DNA of 61,764 bases, filler included, from Dugesia japonica (taxonomy: Eukaryota): assembly GCA_001938525.1 (NCBI GenBank). It is 6 parts of 6 records of this genome, joined end to end, with 100 filler letters (N's around TTAATTAATTAA, not from the genome) between each part and the next. Parts side by side here need not be neighbours in the genome. Positions count along the whole stretch, not along the records: positions 1 to 9,911 come from MQRL01586989.1; positions 10,012 to 22,563 come from MQRL01583170.1; 4 more parts are not named here. One strand, 5' to 3'. How positions within the stretch are numbered: position 1 is the stretch's first letter; each line of letters opens with the position of its first letter. The notes beneath the pieces were generated by a model. It did no database searches and had not been told where the DNA came from. It saw only the letters and a program-made list of their open reading frames with translations. Made by a program: the position numbers and the translations under genes. Of the stretch, positions 1 to 14,111 are shown one piece after another.

Positions 1-104
1 GAAAATAGTGATTATTTAAACAGTCAATTTTGTTTAAATAATACAAAATATATTATTCTTAAATAAATCATTAAAATCAATGTCAAGTCTTTTTACTGGC
101 AACC

Positions 105-700
105 ATGCCGAAATTAATGCGCTAACAAGAGCGAAACGCAAAGAAAGGGAAAAGATCTTTTCAAATTTTCCTAAAAAACGCAAGAAATGGTTATTCCGTA
201 ACTAAACTTTTTCGACGGTCTCAATCAATATGCGGAAGAATGGATGCACACAACAAAAGATTTTGCGACATTCAATCAAACGGAATTTACTTTCGCGTTA
301 GATATGCTGTTAAGAGGTGATGCGAAACAGTTGGAAGAATATACGTGATCAAATGATTCCATTACGAATGAGGAAGTCGTAAAATGGTTTATAGAAACCT
401 TTAAGAAGACACAATCTATTTAGGATAAAGTAAAGGAATTATCTTTAATAAAACAGAGAACTTGCGAGAAATACAGAAATTTTGAAATTCGAGTTAAGAA
501 AATGGTTACAGAGGTATTTCAAAAGAAATTAACAATATAAGAAATTGCAAGAGCATTTATTCTGCAAGGATTACAGAGTAAAAACTATGCGAATACTTTG
601 ATCTTGTCTGATAAAAGAAGAGAACTTGCAACAAATTTAGAAAAATTGGTTCCGCATCGGGAAGCGCATGTCATGAAACCAATAAATTTATTAGTAAACT
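105..700 (+). pseudogene. Ty3/Gypsy LTR retrotransposon gag-like region, degenerate
   Basis: Broken frame FFDGLNQYAEEWMHTTKDFATFNQTEFTFALDMLLRGDAKQ...IKQRTCEKYRNFEIRVKKM...AFILQGLQSK resembles retrotransposon gag; lies directly upstream of RT. Confidence 0.6.
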
Positions 701-2110
701 ACGATACCATAATTAATGACCAGAAGGGAAGGCACAATTGAATGAAGTAACTGAAAAATTTTCACTTTCCGTACACTTTTGGATACCTTAAACGGATAAA
801 CTATTTTTTCATCAATAGATTCAGGACAAGCTTATTATCAAGTTGTGTTAGACGAAGATTCATAAATGAAAACAGTCTTCAGTACAAAAATTGGACAATT
901 CTGCTTTAATCGGTTGCCGTTTGGTTTATGTACAGCACGGGGAACTTTTCAGAGTTTAATGGATTTGATTTTTAATGAAATGCTGTATAAAAATGTAATT
1001 GTTTTTTGGATGACATTTTTGTTTATTGAAGAAATGTTGATAAACAAAGATTAGAAAAAAAATTAGAATTAATTAAAGCATCAAAATTAAAAGTTAATTC
1101 AGAACTGATTAATTGCATTTTTGGGCACTTAATTAGTCAAAAAGGAATTCAAATTCACGGTGATAAAATTAAACAAATTATAGAAGTTGTTAAGATCCTT
1201 TCTGGTAATAACTAATTATTATCGTCGATTTATCAAAGATTATTCAATTTTTACTGAGCCGCTGTAAGCAATGATATGAGGAAATGAAAAGATGATTGAA
1301 TGGTCCAAAGATGCAGAAAGTAGCTTCCAGACTTTAAAGTATGAATAATGGCATTTCCTGATCCATCAAAAGAAATGAACTTTAGACACTGATGTAAGTT
1401 TTGGAGCTATTGGTGCTGTTCTAAGCCAAAAAGATTATAAAAGCGATGAAAAAGTCATAGGTTTTGCTTCGAGAATTTTAAATTCTTGCGAGAAAGGTTA
1501 TTGTATAACCAGAAAAGAACGTGCAGTTATTCATGAATTTGTTATTTGCCTTATTTAATTGGGAAAAATTAAAAATAAGGACTGACCATAAAGCTTTGAC
1601 TTATATGAAAAAAACAAATAAACCAATCAGTCCACAGTTTCAGACTTGGTTTTCTAATAGTTCTGGATTTAATATGAACGGATGACAGTAATGCTGACGG
1701 CTTGTCTAGAATTAATGAAACTCTGTTCAATCATTGTTTAACTAAACATCATGATGCTAAAGGGAATAAATCTAAAGGTCGACTTATAATCAGTTTAAGT
1801 GAAAATGTATTTCTTGACAAAAATAGTGAAAAGTTGCAAAAACAATGTGGAATACTAAGGTCAATATCACGATGGCTACACGGCTTGGATAATGATGTAA
1901 CTACTGAAGTGAAGTCAAGCAAATATTTCATAAGGATAAATAAATTTAAATTATTTGGGAATATTATAACAAAGAGAAGAAATTAATCGTTATACCAGAA
2001 AATTACTTGCACGAAGAACTATGCCATTTGGGAAGCAAGAAGTTAGTAGAATATATTAGAGAAATATACCTCTTGCCTGATATGAGTAGAAAAATCGAAC
2101 AGTCAGAAAT
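700..2110 (+). mobile_element. Ty3/Gypsy pol remnant (RT, RNase H, integrase zinc-binding start), many stops/frameshifts
   Basis: RT motifs AYYQV, KTVFST..GQFCFNRLPFGLCTARGTFQSLMD, shifted (F)LDDIFVY; RNase H LDTDVSFGAIGAVLSQ...VIGFASR...IRTDHKAL; integrase LHEELCHLGSKK. Confidence 0.92.
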
Positions 2111-2506
2111 ATGTTAGTCATTTCAACGAATAGTGATAAGAACACTTTTACTTTGTATAAATACATTCCAAAGATTNNNNNNNNNNNNNNNNNNNNNNNN
2201 NNNNNNNNNNNNNNNNNNNNNNNNNNNNNNNNNNNNNNNNNNNNNNNNNNNNNNNNNNNNNNNNNNNNNNNNNNNNNNNNNNNNNNNNNNNNNNNNNNGT
2301 AGAATTTTTTTCTGGTTTAGAATATTATATTTCGAAAATTTAAGAGTAGAAATTTTTTGATTGTTTTTTAAATTTCCTAGCTATTTTTAAGGTTTAAAAT
2401 TTTTCGGATTTTTAATTTATTTTTTGAAATTTTTAATGATTTTGAAGCTTTTAATTTAACTAAAAAAATTTTTTTTTCAAAAGTCAAATATACCCTGAGA
2501 TTTAAT

Positions 2507-2531
2507 ACGTGCCTTTGGCCCGTCATCTTGT
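2507..2531 (+). mobile_element. Possible Helitron 3' end (short GC hairpin + CTAG-like terminus)
   Basis: ACGtGCC-TTT-GGCcCGT hairpin followed by CATCTTG|T (one mismatch to CTAG). Confidence 0.35.
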
Positions 2532-3863
2532 CTTTATCTAATTAGGAAAGTTTTATTTACTGGAAATCATTACATTACAAATCATTACACAAACTGTTAG
2601 ATATACTAACTTCATTTATAGTATATATTTAATGATAACTAAATTAAACTAGTACTATTAACGTTTATTGTTAATTTTATTATTATATAAATTTATATTT
2701 ATTTTTCAAAAAAATCAAAAAAAATATTTTTATCAATTTATCAAATTTTATTTTATAAAAATATATTAGTTTAAATAATTAGAAATTATTTATATTAATA
2801 AATGCTAATTTCTTTGTTTTATTGTTTAAATTTAACATTCTTTTATTTTTTATATTTATTTGTAACATAGATACACTATTTAATTAGCAAACGATTATTG
2901 ATGACATTTTGATTCTGAAGTTTACTTTTAATTATAAGACTGAAATATAATTTTGTTAAACGTGTTAGTCTTTACAACACTAATTAAAAAGAAAAAAANN
3001 NNNNNNNNNNNNNNNNNNNNNNNNNNNNNNNNNNNNNNNNNNNNNNNNAACATTGATAATTTTTAAGATTAGCTTATAATTTTACAGAATTTTATTTTTT
3101 CCTTATATATTTGAAATAATATTTTATCGTGTAAATTATAGGGAAAACAACTTTATATTACGATTAAAATAATAGTTTGGTGTCATATTTGTGATAAAAA
3201 GTAACAGTCAAGTTAGCATTATTATCATGCTTATCCATACTCATATTATATTTCATTACTTACTATCGCTACCCCTTACCATTATGTCATATCATCGTTA
3301 ATCCTAATCATTAATTATGTATTGGTTGTCTTTATTTGTAATTGTCATCAAAACTATTATTCTTCTAATTATTACGATTTTTATGTTTATCATTATGGTT
3401 ATAGTCATTATTAAAGTTTTTAAAAGTTATTACTGGTGACTAATTATTCTAAAGAGGCCTGACTTTCACTATTCTATTACTTTTATTCTTACCCCTTGAT
3501 TGATATCAATAATCATTATCGTTATTTATATTGTCTTTAACAAATCAGAAGTCACTAATTAAGGATTTTTAATACTCTTCATTTTACAAGTGAGATGTAT
3601 CTTTATTTTACCATCAAAAATCATTATTATAAATCATTAAGAACTGTAGTAATGAAACATTAACTAAACAGTACTATAATGGTTTATTAATTACAATTTT
3701 TTATCAATCCTTTTAATTATTACTCATTACTAACAAATTGCTTATTTAAATTTTACTAATCATTAATCATTTAATGTTAAGCAGAAAAAGTTAATTATCG
3801 AAAATTATATTAAAATTTATCAATTACAGTACAAATTTTCTAATTTACATAATCTAAATAAAA

Positions 3864-3890
3864 ACTAGTGTGATCTGCAAATCGATCAAG
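3864..3890 (-). mobile_element. Possible Helitron 3' end
   Basis: Minus strand TGATC-gatttgca-GATCA hairpin then CACTAG|T. Confidence 0.3.
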
Positions 3891-6800
3891 ACTACGGAGC
3901 AAGCACACTACGCAATTGAAAATAACCATAACAATCCGATTAAAATCTATCTAAGCCTGATCAAACAGCATCACTGACATCTATTTCTCTTATTCACACA
4001 CTCGCAAAATTATAATTCACTCTAATTCATTTGCATACTTACATAGTGTATCATAGATTTCATAATTATACACACTTTCATTGATTTTTTAATTTCATTA
4101 TTTCTGGGACCCTCCTATCTCATTCACAGATTTCTGAGTCAGAAACCGTTGCAGTAATTTTATTTTTATAAATCACATTTTGATCATGAGTATTAATATA
4201 AAAATGAATTATTTAATGCGATTTTCTGATTAATTTTTTCTGAGAATTGCAACGGTATTTATACCAGTTTTTTTTTAAATTAAGTCTGAATACTCTTAAT
4301 GTTATAATAAATTTTATTTACATAATTTATTTAATTTAATAAATTAATTGTTTATTTTTATTTTCTTCTAAATTAATTTATTAATTAGGTTACCATTTCT
4401 CGTCTCTAAATTAAAAGTTAATTTAATTTAGGCATTTCTTTCAACAAATAATTCGTTTTATTTATTTTTTCTATCTGTAATTATTAATTAATACGATTTC
4501 TTTGTTTTTCTTAATAAATTATTTGTTCCTATTATTATTTGCCGTTTTCTTTGTCTTATGAGTAGTTAAAATATTAATTCAAATATTTTTATTCACAAAT
4601 ATTTTTATTTTGAAAATTAAAAATGAAATGTTAATAGCGAATGATGGTTCACTTTGAAATTTTTTGAAAATTTTAAATGAGATTTCTATAACAGATAATT
4701 ATTTTCTTTAAATTTTTGAATTATTTTAAATAAAGATTAAAACTAAAATTTTAAATTTATTAGAAAATGATTTCCAATTGAAGCATGGTTTTTAATTTGT
4801 TTAAATAAGCAAATAATGATGTTATAGTTTTGTTTATGAATAAATTTTGCTATGGAATCGAGTTTTGATATTAATGATCCAATGAGTACTTCAAACTCAC
4901 CTAACGAGGTTCTCTACCCCAACATTACTATGGAGAAAGAAAAAAAATTTTAAAATGTTTGAGAAATGTGCTACTTTTCAAATTTTTTAATACTTGTGTA
5001 TATTTTTAGTTCAATAAAATAATTTTTTTTGTCTTAAATTAGAAGTTCGTTTTTATTAGAGTAAATATGACAATTATTAATAATAGTTAATAATATTAAC
5101 TAATGGTTAACATCCTATGTAAAAAAATGTAACATAATCTTATTTTCTCGATTTTTTCTAGCGTTTCACAAATAAGGTGAAGCGTATTAAATTAAGTAGA
5201 AATTTACTATATTAATGGAAATTTTACTAAAATAAGGGAAATTATACTAAATGAAGGGTAAACTTACTAAAATAAGGGACAGTTTACTGACTGTCTGAAG
5301 TAAAACAATATATAGTAAAACAATACTTATTTCATTACAAGAGGCTATTTCACTGTCCACGCAATAATTATTAGTTTCAAGTCGTGCTTTCACCACCTGC
5401 AAACGTTTTAAAACCTTACTGTCAACAGCTAAAGCTCGGTGACATTTAGTCATTTCGAAATGCAAGCTATTCATTTTGAAAGCAAAAAAATTAAATCAAA
5501 TAATAATATTCTTTGTTATATGTAATATACCGGGTTAAGTCAAAGGTTATTTACATTTTTATTTAATTATTTAAATAGAAAAGAATTCGCGAAACCAAAT
5601 AATAGTCATTTCTTAAAGTTAAATGTACTGAACCGGTTGACTTGTGTAGCTACAACTTGCCACCCGTAGAATTGAGAAAAAAACCCATATTTCATTACAT
5701 GTAACTATTTGGACCAAAAATTTGCATTTCCATCAGGAGGATTTCTCTATACAAAACCGAAGCTGTACAAATGACGAACAATGGTGCTTTGTAAANGAAA
5801 TCCTCCGACAGTTTGTGTGGCTGGAAGATAGCTGCTGCGTTACCATGACACACAAGCAATAGTTAAAATATTCGAATTAATTATCATTTTATGGTTGTTT
5901 TATAAGTCAAGCGTTTATTATTATCGAATCTTGATAATCCAACAGTCGAGATTAGTCTCCATCAGTTATTAATTATACAATCTTTTATTAATTTTTTCAT
6001 TTTAAATGCTTTTAAATAATATTTTATCAATTTAGTAAACAAATATCTAGCTTATTATTATTCAAATATGTGGATTAATTTATTTTTTCATTGAAATTGT
6101 TTATTATAAAAATGACAAGTTAATCTATTTATGCTTTGAGAAAACGTTTTTGATATTATTTATGAAATGTTGTTTCGTACTTGTTCTCTACATGATTCAT
6201 ATGATATTATGATTAATAGGAAATGTTAAGATAAACCTTAAATTAATAAATTTATTGGGATGAAAATAATTGTTAAAATATTTAATTTAAAGCAATTCTG
6301 GGCAAACGTTTTCAAGCCCCGGCCCACCTAAGTAAACTTTTTTTCGTGACACAATTTATTTATTCGCAATTGAAAGCAGTACCAAAAACATTTATTTAAA
6401 TTCCTTTTGAAAAAATTTGAAAAAACATACGAATTGACAGAAAGCATAAAAATAAATTCTTATTATTCTTTATGTAAGATTGTAAAACAATGTGATTATG
6501 GCGTTGGAGTTGAAACAATTTTTCATAATTTTAAAAATGTTTTTTCGCGCCACACAATTTTACAAAAATAATCACAATATCGACAATATTTTCTAGATTA
6601 TTAACTCCAACACAATCAGAAATAATCCAAAAAAAATTTTCAAAAACCAATATTTAATTTGATTTATATTACCGTTTTTCCCAGACAATAATGGACATGT
6701 AAAGTTTCTGTTAATTATCGAGATTTTCAAAGGTCNNNNNNNNNNNNNNNNNNNNNNNNNNNNNNNNNNNNNNNNNNNNNNNNNNNNNNNNNNNNNNNNN

Positions 6801-6967
6801 NNNNNNNNNNNNNNNNNNNNNNNNNNNNNNNNNNNNNNNNNNNNNNNNNNNNNNNNNNNNNNNNNNNNNNNNNNNNNNNNNNNNNNNNNNNNNNNNNNNN
6901 NNNNNNNNNNNNNNNNNNNNNNNNNNNNNNNNNNNNNNNNNNNNNNNNNNNNNNNNNNNNNNNNNNN

Positions 6968-8402
6968 AAAGTGAACAAAAATTGATCAGATGATAATTTA
7001 GGAAATATAAAATTTGACTGTAAAACAAAAAAAGGAGCTTATATGTTATGCTGAAGGAATGTTTTTTCATATAATGAGATTTCAACTTTTTTTGTGGTGA
7101 AGTATAAAATGCTCATCATTCAAAGATAGGTTTGTGATATTTTAGCCAAAAAACAATATTGGCTTGAACACGAAGATGGTGAAATTCTTAAACATCGAAC
7201 TGTAAAACATTCAGAACTTTAGTCTGCTCTTTACATATGGTTCTTTCAGAAAATGGAACAAAATGCTGGGATAAATCAACAAATTTTAATTGCTAAAGCC
7301 AAAAAATTTGCATTGCAGCTGAACAACAAAATTAAACTTGCCATTATTCGCCAGTCAGTTTATCGAAACAACTACGTTGGTATAAATTAAACATATCCCT
7401 TTATACCGCCACACCTGCTAACATCAGAAAAAGAAATTTTTAATGTTACGGTATAAAGGGTTTTTTTTTACTGTATTTTACAATTTAAAAAACACAGATA
7501 AAAATTACTACCATTGTTTATTGGTAAATCTAAAAATCCACGAATTTTTAAAAATTTAAATTTAGATGATTTAGACATTTTTTTTATCAATCCAACATAA
7601 ATGCATGGATGACAAGAAATTTTCGTTAATTGGTTAATTAAACTTAACAAAACGTTTGTGAAGAAGAATAGAAATATAATTTTGATGCTCGATAACTGCA
7701 CCTCCAAATTTTAGTCAATTTATCTAATATCAAAATGATATTTTTACCTTCTAACACAACCAGTCTTACTCAACCTTTAGATGCTGGGATTATTAAAAAC
7801 TTTAAAGATAACTATTGATAGAAACGGCTCATGTTTTTAGAGAAAAGAAACATGGAAAAGATATTTAGATCAATAACGATACAAGACGCTATAATGTTGT
7901 CAAGGCTTGCGTTAGATCAAATTAAAATTACTACNATTACCANTTGTTTTNAAACAATTTTAAAAATTCTACAACAAGAATANATGTGGAATGAAACTAA
8001 ATAAGATGAACAAACAATTGAAGACNAACTAAATGATATNATTTATGATCTTCAAACGCATTTTGATGAAGAAACATATAGTTCCAAATCTGCTAATGAT
8101 ACAAAATCTATACAAAAAGATGATATTTATTAAATTATGTACAATTTAAAAAAAGACTCAGCGGAGTTTTTCCCTGGTTAATTACAAGAATAATTTTTCC
8201 TAGAAAATAAGTTGATGAAGTCCAGCTCGACCCGCAAAGAAAATATTATCGGGTATTTATTCAAAGAAACATTTTGATATTAATTTTGTGTTCTGATTTA
8301 TTAATAAATTTAATGTTTTTTCCAATAAATTGTAAAATGGTTACCACCTCCCAAAAAGTGACCACTTTCTCAAAAAGTTGTCACTTTTGATAGGTTCCAC
8401 TG
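6968..8402 (+). mobile_element. pogo/Tigger-family DNA transposon, degenerate transposase with 3' TIR
   Basis: CENP-B-type HTH (SALYIWFFQK...ILIAKAKKFA), DDE_1 motifs [46 protein letters not shown]; end ...CACTTTTGATAGGTTCCACTG|TA (TIR CAGTGGAACC..., TA target). Confidence 0.92.
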
Positions 8403-8799
8403 TATATTATTTTTTTAAATAGAAACCTGTGAAAATATATTCTATTATAAAGTATTGTTTTTATTTCACTTTTAAAATAAATTTTAATATAATAAAACAT
8501 ATAACAAACTATTTCAATTAAATTGAAAACATATTACAGGTATGAATTATTTCTTAAAATAATCATTACAACACCTAAAAAAAAATCTAACAGATCTTAT
8601 TTAAATCAATTTATATGATTATTATTAGGTGCTTTGGAAAGTAATGACAGTCTAGAATTTCAAGAATATCTATGAAGAATATTTATTTCCAATCGATTTT
8701 TTAGGTTAATATAATTAAAAACCGTGTTTTCTAGATATTGTAACTGTTTTAAACGGAAATTAGATTACTTTTTAGTTATAAGTGGACGAAATAGTTACA

Positions 8800-9120
8800 A
8801 TGGACCGAATCGCTTTTCGTACCGCGATACTTTACGAATTTAAACTCGGTCACAATGCAACCAAATGACCTTCTGCTGCTGATGATGTTTCAAAACAAAA
8901 TGTCCAAGGCAAAGTGTGTCAGAGATAGCAGCAAAGATGGATGTTTCGCAATAGCCTTTAAATATTTGAAACTGATCTATAAATTGGTCCCGCATGATCT
9001 TACAAAAATACACACGAAAAGAAGACTAGAGGTAGCTACATCTCCTCTTAAAAATAATTCCACTGACCACGTCTTGGATAGCATCACACTAGTGATGAAA
9101 AGGAGATAATTTATCATAGG
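8800..9120 (+). mobile_element. mariner (Mos1/SETMAR-like) transposase remnant
   Basis: MDRIAFRTAILYEFKLGHNATK (HTH) and LVPHDLT...RRLEVA (WVPHEL motif), internally deleted. Confidence 0.8.
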
Positions 9121-9911
9121 AAAAACCACTGATGAATATCAATTTTCGATGTTCATTTCTGAATTATATTTTTATAATAATTTAAAAGTAATTAATTGAA
9201 AGAAACACCATTTTCGCAGTCATTTAAAAGGATAATTATTATCATTATGTAAGAAATTATATAATTAGAAATTTAATGAATTTTACTTGAAAATAATAAA
9301 TGAAATTTATTGCCTACCTCCAGAAATTTAATGTATGTCAAATCATAAAAATCTAATTAAAATCTTTCAGCAAAACCCATGTAAATTCCAAATAATTCTC
9401 TCTGGAGAAAATTTTCATTTAATGCATTATAAATAATATCATTTTGTAAATTTTTTATTAAATTATTATTATATTAATATCACTTAAGTTTCTTTCTACG
9501 ATTTATGACAAACTAATTGAATTATCTAATAAAAATTATTCTATAAATTTCTCTATTTGATTTGATTTGATATTTTCTTGAAATATTTCTAATGCATTTC
9601 TTAAATTTTTAAAAATTAACTTCTTTTAATGGATAAAATAATGATAATTATCGAGAATTTATTATCANNNNNNNNNNNNNNNNNNNNNNNNNNNNNNNNN
9701 NNNNNNNNNNNNNNNNNNNNNNNCAAAGTTAATTGGATATTTTATTTGCTTGGTATTTTAACTTTGACATTGAAAGTAAAGGCTGTGTGTTAATTATAAT
9801 TGTATTTGTGTGCAGCATTTTCTATTTCATTTTTGCAGGAGTTAGTTGGATTTGAAAAGTTTGTAAATTAAATGAGAATGTATTTTTTATAATATAAAGT
9901 AACGAAAAAAA

Positions 9912-10011
9912 NNNNNNNNNNNNNNNNNNNNNNNNNNNNNNNNNNNNNNNNNNNNTTAATTAATTAANNNNNNNNNNNNNNNNNNNNNNNNNNNNNNNNN
10001 NNNNNNNNNNN
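9912..10011. other. Artificial contig linker N44-TTAATTAATTAA-N44
   Basis: Exact 100-nt spacer; the 12-mer has stops in all six frames; recurs five times. Confidence 0.95.
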
Positions 10012-10450
10012 CTAGTTGGGGTGTCCAGAAAATCATATAAAAGGACCCCCAGTTTCAAATGAAATAATCACCAAATTTTCACTTTACTAAGTCGTGGAAC
10101 CACACATAAAATTTCTTTACTAGAACTTGTACGACGAGATTTGTTACAGAAGAATCGATTGCGAAGTTATAAACTCCATTGGTAAGGTCCAAAAACAATA
10201 TTAACTTTGGTCATCAACCTAATTTTAGAACTAAAGAACAAAAAAGGAAAACCGAATTTCAAACGCTATTGAGTTAAACCAGTATTGACAGATCGTACTC
10301 TCCGTAAAACATTCAAGCTCGTTGCAGAAACCTCCTCATCGACTATTCTTAGTTGCTGATTCAATCAATAGACTTATATTGGAAAGTAATTATTTTAGTT
10401 TAAATTGCATGTAAATGTTAATGCTCATCTTATGAAAAATGTTTGTCATG

Positions 10451-12060
10451 AAAATAATTAAATCATATTTTTAGTCAACTTGCATTTTATTAAACAATTG
10501 TTTTTTTACTCTTAGTTAAAATGTATGAATAACTAGCCAAAAGCTTAATTAATGAATTATAAAAAATGTCCAGTCTATATTTTATTTAACATAGTTTATA
10601 TTATATAATTGGGATACTCTTAGTTAAACTACAGACACAACTACCCAAATTAATAGATAATTTATATATTTCTTATACGGGTTGCATTTTTCTAACCGGA
10701 AATCTTATGAAATAAATTTTGAGGTTTTTAAATAAAGAATCGAACCAAAACATTCACTGGGTAATTAGGCCAATATACAGTTTGGGATGAATACAAATCT
10801 TACTAAATGATGTTGATGTTTTTTAATTACAGCATCTATTCCAAAAAAGTCTAGCCAAACCGTCGAGCGATGAATATGAAAAAAAATATGTGCCATCAAA
10901 TTCGACATTGATATCTTACTGACCCTAAACTGTCTAAAATAATGCTGATGGGTCGACTTAAAGTATGTGTCACAGTAANCTGAAAAAGAAGAATATTAAA
11001 TTTCCCCTTGAGTAGCATACCCGACTTTACCCAATTCAACCACTAAGATTGAGTCCCCTAATTGTATCATGGTGTAACGAATTGGAATAAATAATGGTTA
11101 AGATTCTACGTCGGGTAGTTATTCATCAACACTCCACTGAATATGACTGAAATGTCCACGTAATTCTGTTTCACAAAAAGAAATTGATACTAAAAAATCC
11201 GTTATGCCACGGCTGTAGTAAATTGATTTTAGGCTGTTACNNNNNNNNNNNNNNNNNNNNNNNNNNNNNNNNNNNNNNNNNNNNNNNNNNAAATAATTAA
11301 ATCATATTTTTAGTCAACTTGCATTTTATTAAACAATTTTTTTTTACTCTTAGTTAAGATGTATTAATGAATTATGAAAAATGTCCAGTCTATATTTTAT
11401 TTAACATAATTTATATTATATAATTTGGATACTCTTAGTTAAACTACAGACACCACTACCCAAATTAATAGATAATGAAAATTTTTTTATATATTTCTTA
11501 TATGGGTTGCATATTTTTTTTTTAACCGGAAATCTTATGAAATAAGTTTTGAGGTTTTTAAAATAAGAATCTAACCAAAACATTCAATGAGTAATTAGGC
11601 AAATATACAGTTTGGGATGAATATAAATCTTATTAAGTGATGTTGATGTTTTTTTTACAGCATCTACCCCAAAAAGTCTCGCCAAACCATCGAGCGATAA
11701 TAAAAAAAATATATGTGCCATCACATTCGTCATTGATATCTTACTGAACCTAAACTGTCAAACATAATGCTGATGGGTCGACTTAAAGTATGTGCACGGT
11801 AATCTGAAAAAGAAAAATATTAAATTTCCCTTGAGTATCATATTTGACTTTACCCAATTCAACCACTAAGATCTAGTTCCCTAATTGTATCATGGTGTAA
11901 CGAATTGGAATAAATAATGGTTAAGATTCTTAGTCGGGTAATTATTCATCAACACTCCACTGAATATGACTGAAATGTCCACGTAATTTTGTTTCACAAA
12001 AAGAAATTGATACAAAAAATCCGTTATGCCACGGCTGTAGTAAATTGATTTTAGGCTGTG
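10451..12060 (+). repeat. ~790-bp direct duplication (10451-11240 and 11291-12060)
   Basis: Near-identical colinear text (AAATAATTAAATCATATTTTTAGTCAAC...GATTTTAGGCTGT) either side of a 50-N gap, with scattered substitutions/indels. Confidence 0.93.
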
Positions 12061-13252
12061 ACTTATAATTGGCGATGCAATTATTAATCATAGATAATTA
12101 TCCGTGAGTACGTTTGCTCAGCGAAAACAAGAAATTCTAAACCATAACTAGTCGATATTCTATAATACTAAAACTTACAACAATTCCACTGTCAATTCGT
12201 AAGCTCGCATTAAGGGAACCAAATATTAACTCGTGAAAATAATAAGCAATTGATTCAACAATAAATGAACTAACACACATTAATTATATTAAATGGTATA
12301 CAGTTAGGCATCATAACAAAATATATCCAACAAGCAGCAGCATGAATCTATGATAGTTAAAATGTCCAACATCAGTGAATGAATTCAGTATAATCATTAT
12401 ATGATCCAAATTCGTACATCATATTCCTGAAGACGTGAATAAATAATTTAGTCAATAATCAATACCAACATACCTGAAGATAGTTTCCTGATATAAAATA
12501 TTCAGCGAAAAGCAAAACCGATGAATCCTCGAGTAGTAAAATATTCTCATAAACCAGGAGAGTTATTGTATTACCCAATTTCATAAATGACATATTTCTA
12601 AGAAATATTACTAAAATCATCTATGTATTAAATAATGTCAACATACCCGTGTGTAGAGTGGAATGCGGTGAGAATTGACTCGACACACACACTCGGAATT
12701 CCAATTAGAAAATATTGTTGTGCATGCATGATTATGACCTTGGGGCAACCAAGGGCAACTCAGGTTTTGCGGAAAGTTCAATGTATAAAAAGGAGATAAG
12801 TTGGGATAAATACATAAGATGGAACTTACTTAAAATTAATAAATCTTTTGTAAAACAATTAGGTACTATTCATAATGCGACGGGATTCTACCGGTTATTA
12901 AAAATTTAAAACTCATTTTTTATAATTAACTTATTAATAATACTAATAATAATAGTGATGGCGGTAATAAATGGTAATAATAATAATAATCATGATAATG
13001 AATAATACTATTAATGATAATAACAATATCAATGCTAACCAATAGTTCTAATCGTAATAATAATGATAATAATAATAAGGATAATAAATAATAATGATCA
13101 TAACAATCATAACAATAAATAACGACAAGGTTAACGATACTAATAATATTCGAATCAAATGATAACTCGTCTTCAGATTTCTAGGGCGTCCTCCCCTTCT
13201 AAACAATTACGTAATTTACTTGAAAAATTGCAGTAACGATTTTTTTTCAGCG

Positions 13253-13441
13253 ATGACTGCCAGATTACGAAACATGCTGAGGTGGATTAGAAAACAGGGT
13301 CAATCTGGCAGAGCTAAACAATTAGTGGCGCACTACGTGACCAAAGGGGCCGTGGAGCACTACGATGAAACGGACCTACAGTGTTTCGTCGAGATGTTTC
13401 CGCTCGTTCCGCACATTTTCACCCTTGAATGTCTCATTTAG
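13253..13441 (+). CDS. Cassette copy 1 ORF-A, orphan 62-aa protein
   Basis: MTARLRNMLRWIRKQ...RAKQLVAHYVTKG.VEH.DETDLQCFVEMF aligns with 18470-18652; acceptor tttttttcag just before ATG. Confidence 0.7.
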   Translation: MTARLRNMLRWIRKQGQSGRAKQLVAHYVTKGAVEHYDETDLQCFVEMFPLVPHIFTLECLI

Positions 13442-13564
13442 TTCTGTGTACTATTAAATAAAATAAATTTACCGTTAGATTAAATGGAGTTAATGATTGT
13501 TAGCACCGTCTTTATTACATTATATCGTTGAGTAATAATATTTATCTTTTATAGGCTTTAAGGA

Positions 13565-13927
13565 ATGGAATTTGTATGGGACGTAACTCTGGACTAACCA
13601 CTTTTAAGAAATTTAGAAATCCCTACAATCAAGACGCGGGAGTTTTAGTGGATCGCTCCAACGTGTCGTCCGAGCAGGCCGAATATGATCGTCATTGGGA
13701 CGAAACAGAGAGGGCCGCTTACTATCATTGGCGTGGTCCGAGGAGGGACAGGCTAAGTTAATCACCCACATATGATTCTGCATCCACCCCGCGTATCGAA
13801 CGGGTTTGGTCCGAAAATCCTACGATAGTTGGTCTTACTACGACCCATTTACCCCCGTATCCGCAGCTCTCGTCATTCATTCAAAATAGTTTGTGGAACG
13901 AGCGAAATGCTCTTAATTATCGAAATG
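13565..13927 (+). pseudogene. Cassette copy 1 ORF-B (frameshift/stops)
   Basis: MEFVWD..., FKKFRNPYNQDAGVLVDRSNV, SSFIQNSLWNER match MESMWE, FRRYHNPHNRDAGILVDRSNL, QAFIANMLWGVR of 18787-19137. Confidence 0.7.
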
Positions 13928-14111
13928 ANNNNNNNNNNNNNNNNNNNNNNNNNNNNNNNNNNNNNNNNNNNNNNNNNNNNNNNNNTTTTATTGATTTGAA
14001 ATTCATGTTGTTGTTCAATTAATTCATTATAATAATTCTTGGTGTCTTTAATAAAATCTTTCGCCTGAATCATGAATAAAAATTAATCATACTTTATTTT
14101 TTTTTCACATA

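Noticed and set aside
6294-6690. MITE with TCTGGGCAAACG / CGTTTTTCCCAGA ends
   Set aside because: Inverted match is short and imperfect; no TSD seen
9956-9967. TTAATTAATTAA as a biological palindrome
   Set aside because: Always flanked by exactly 44 N on each side; artificial linker
13140-13185. Hammerhead-like cores on minus strand (also ~27220-27255, ~50610-50640, and plus strand ~12423)
   Set aside because: CUGANGA present but GAAA box and/or stem I missing
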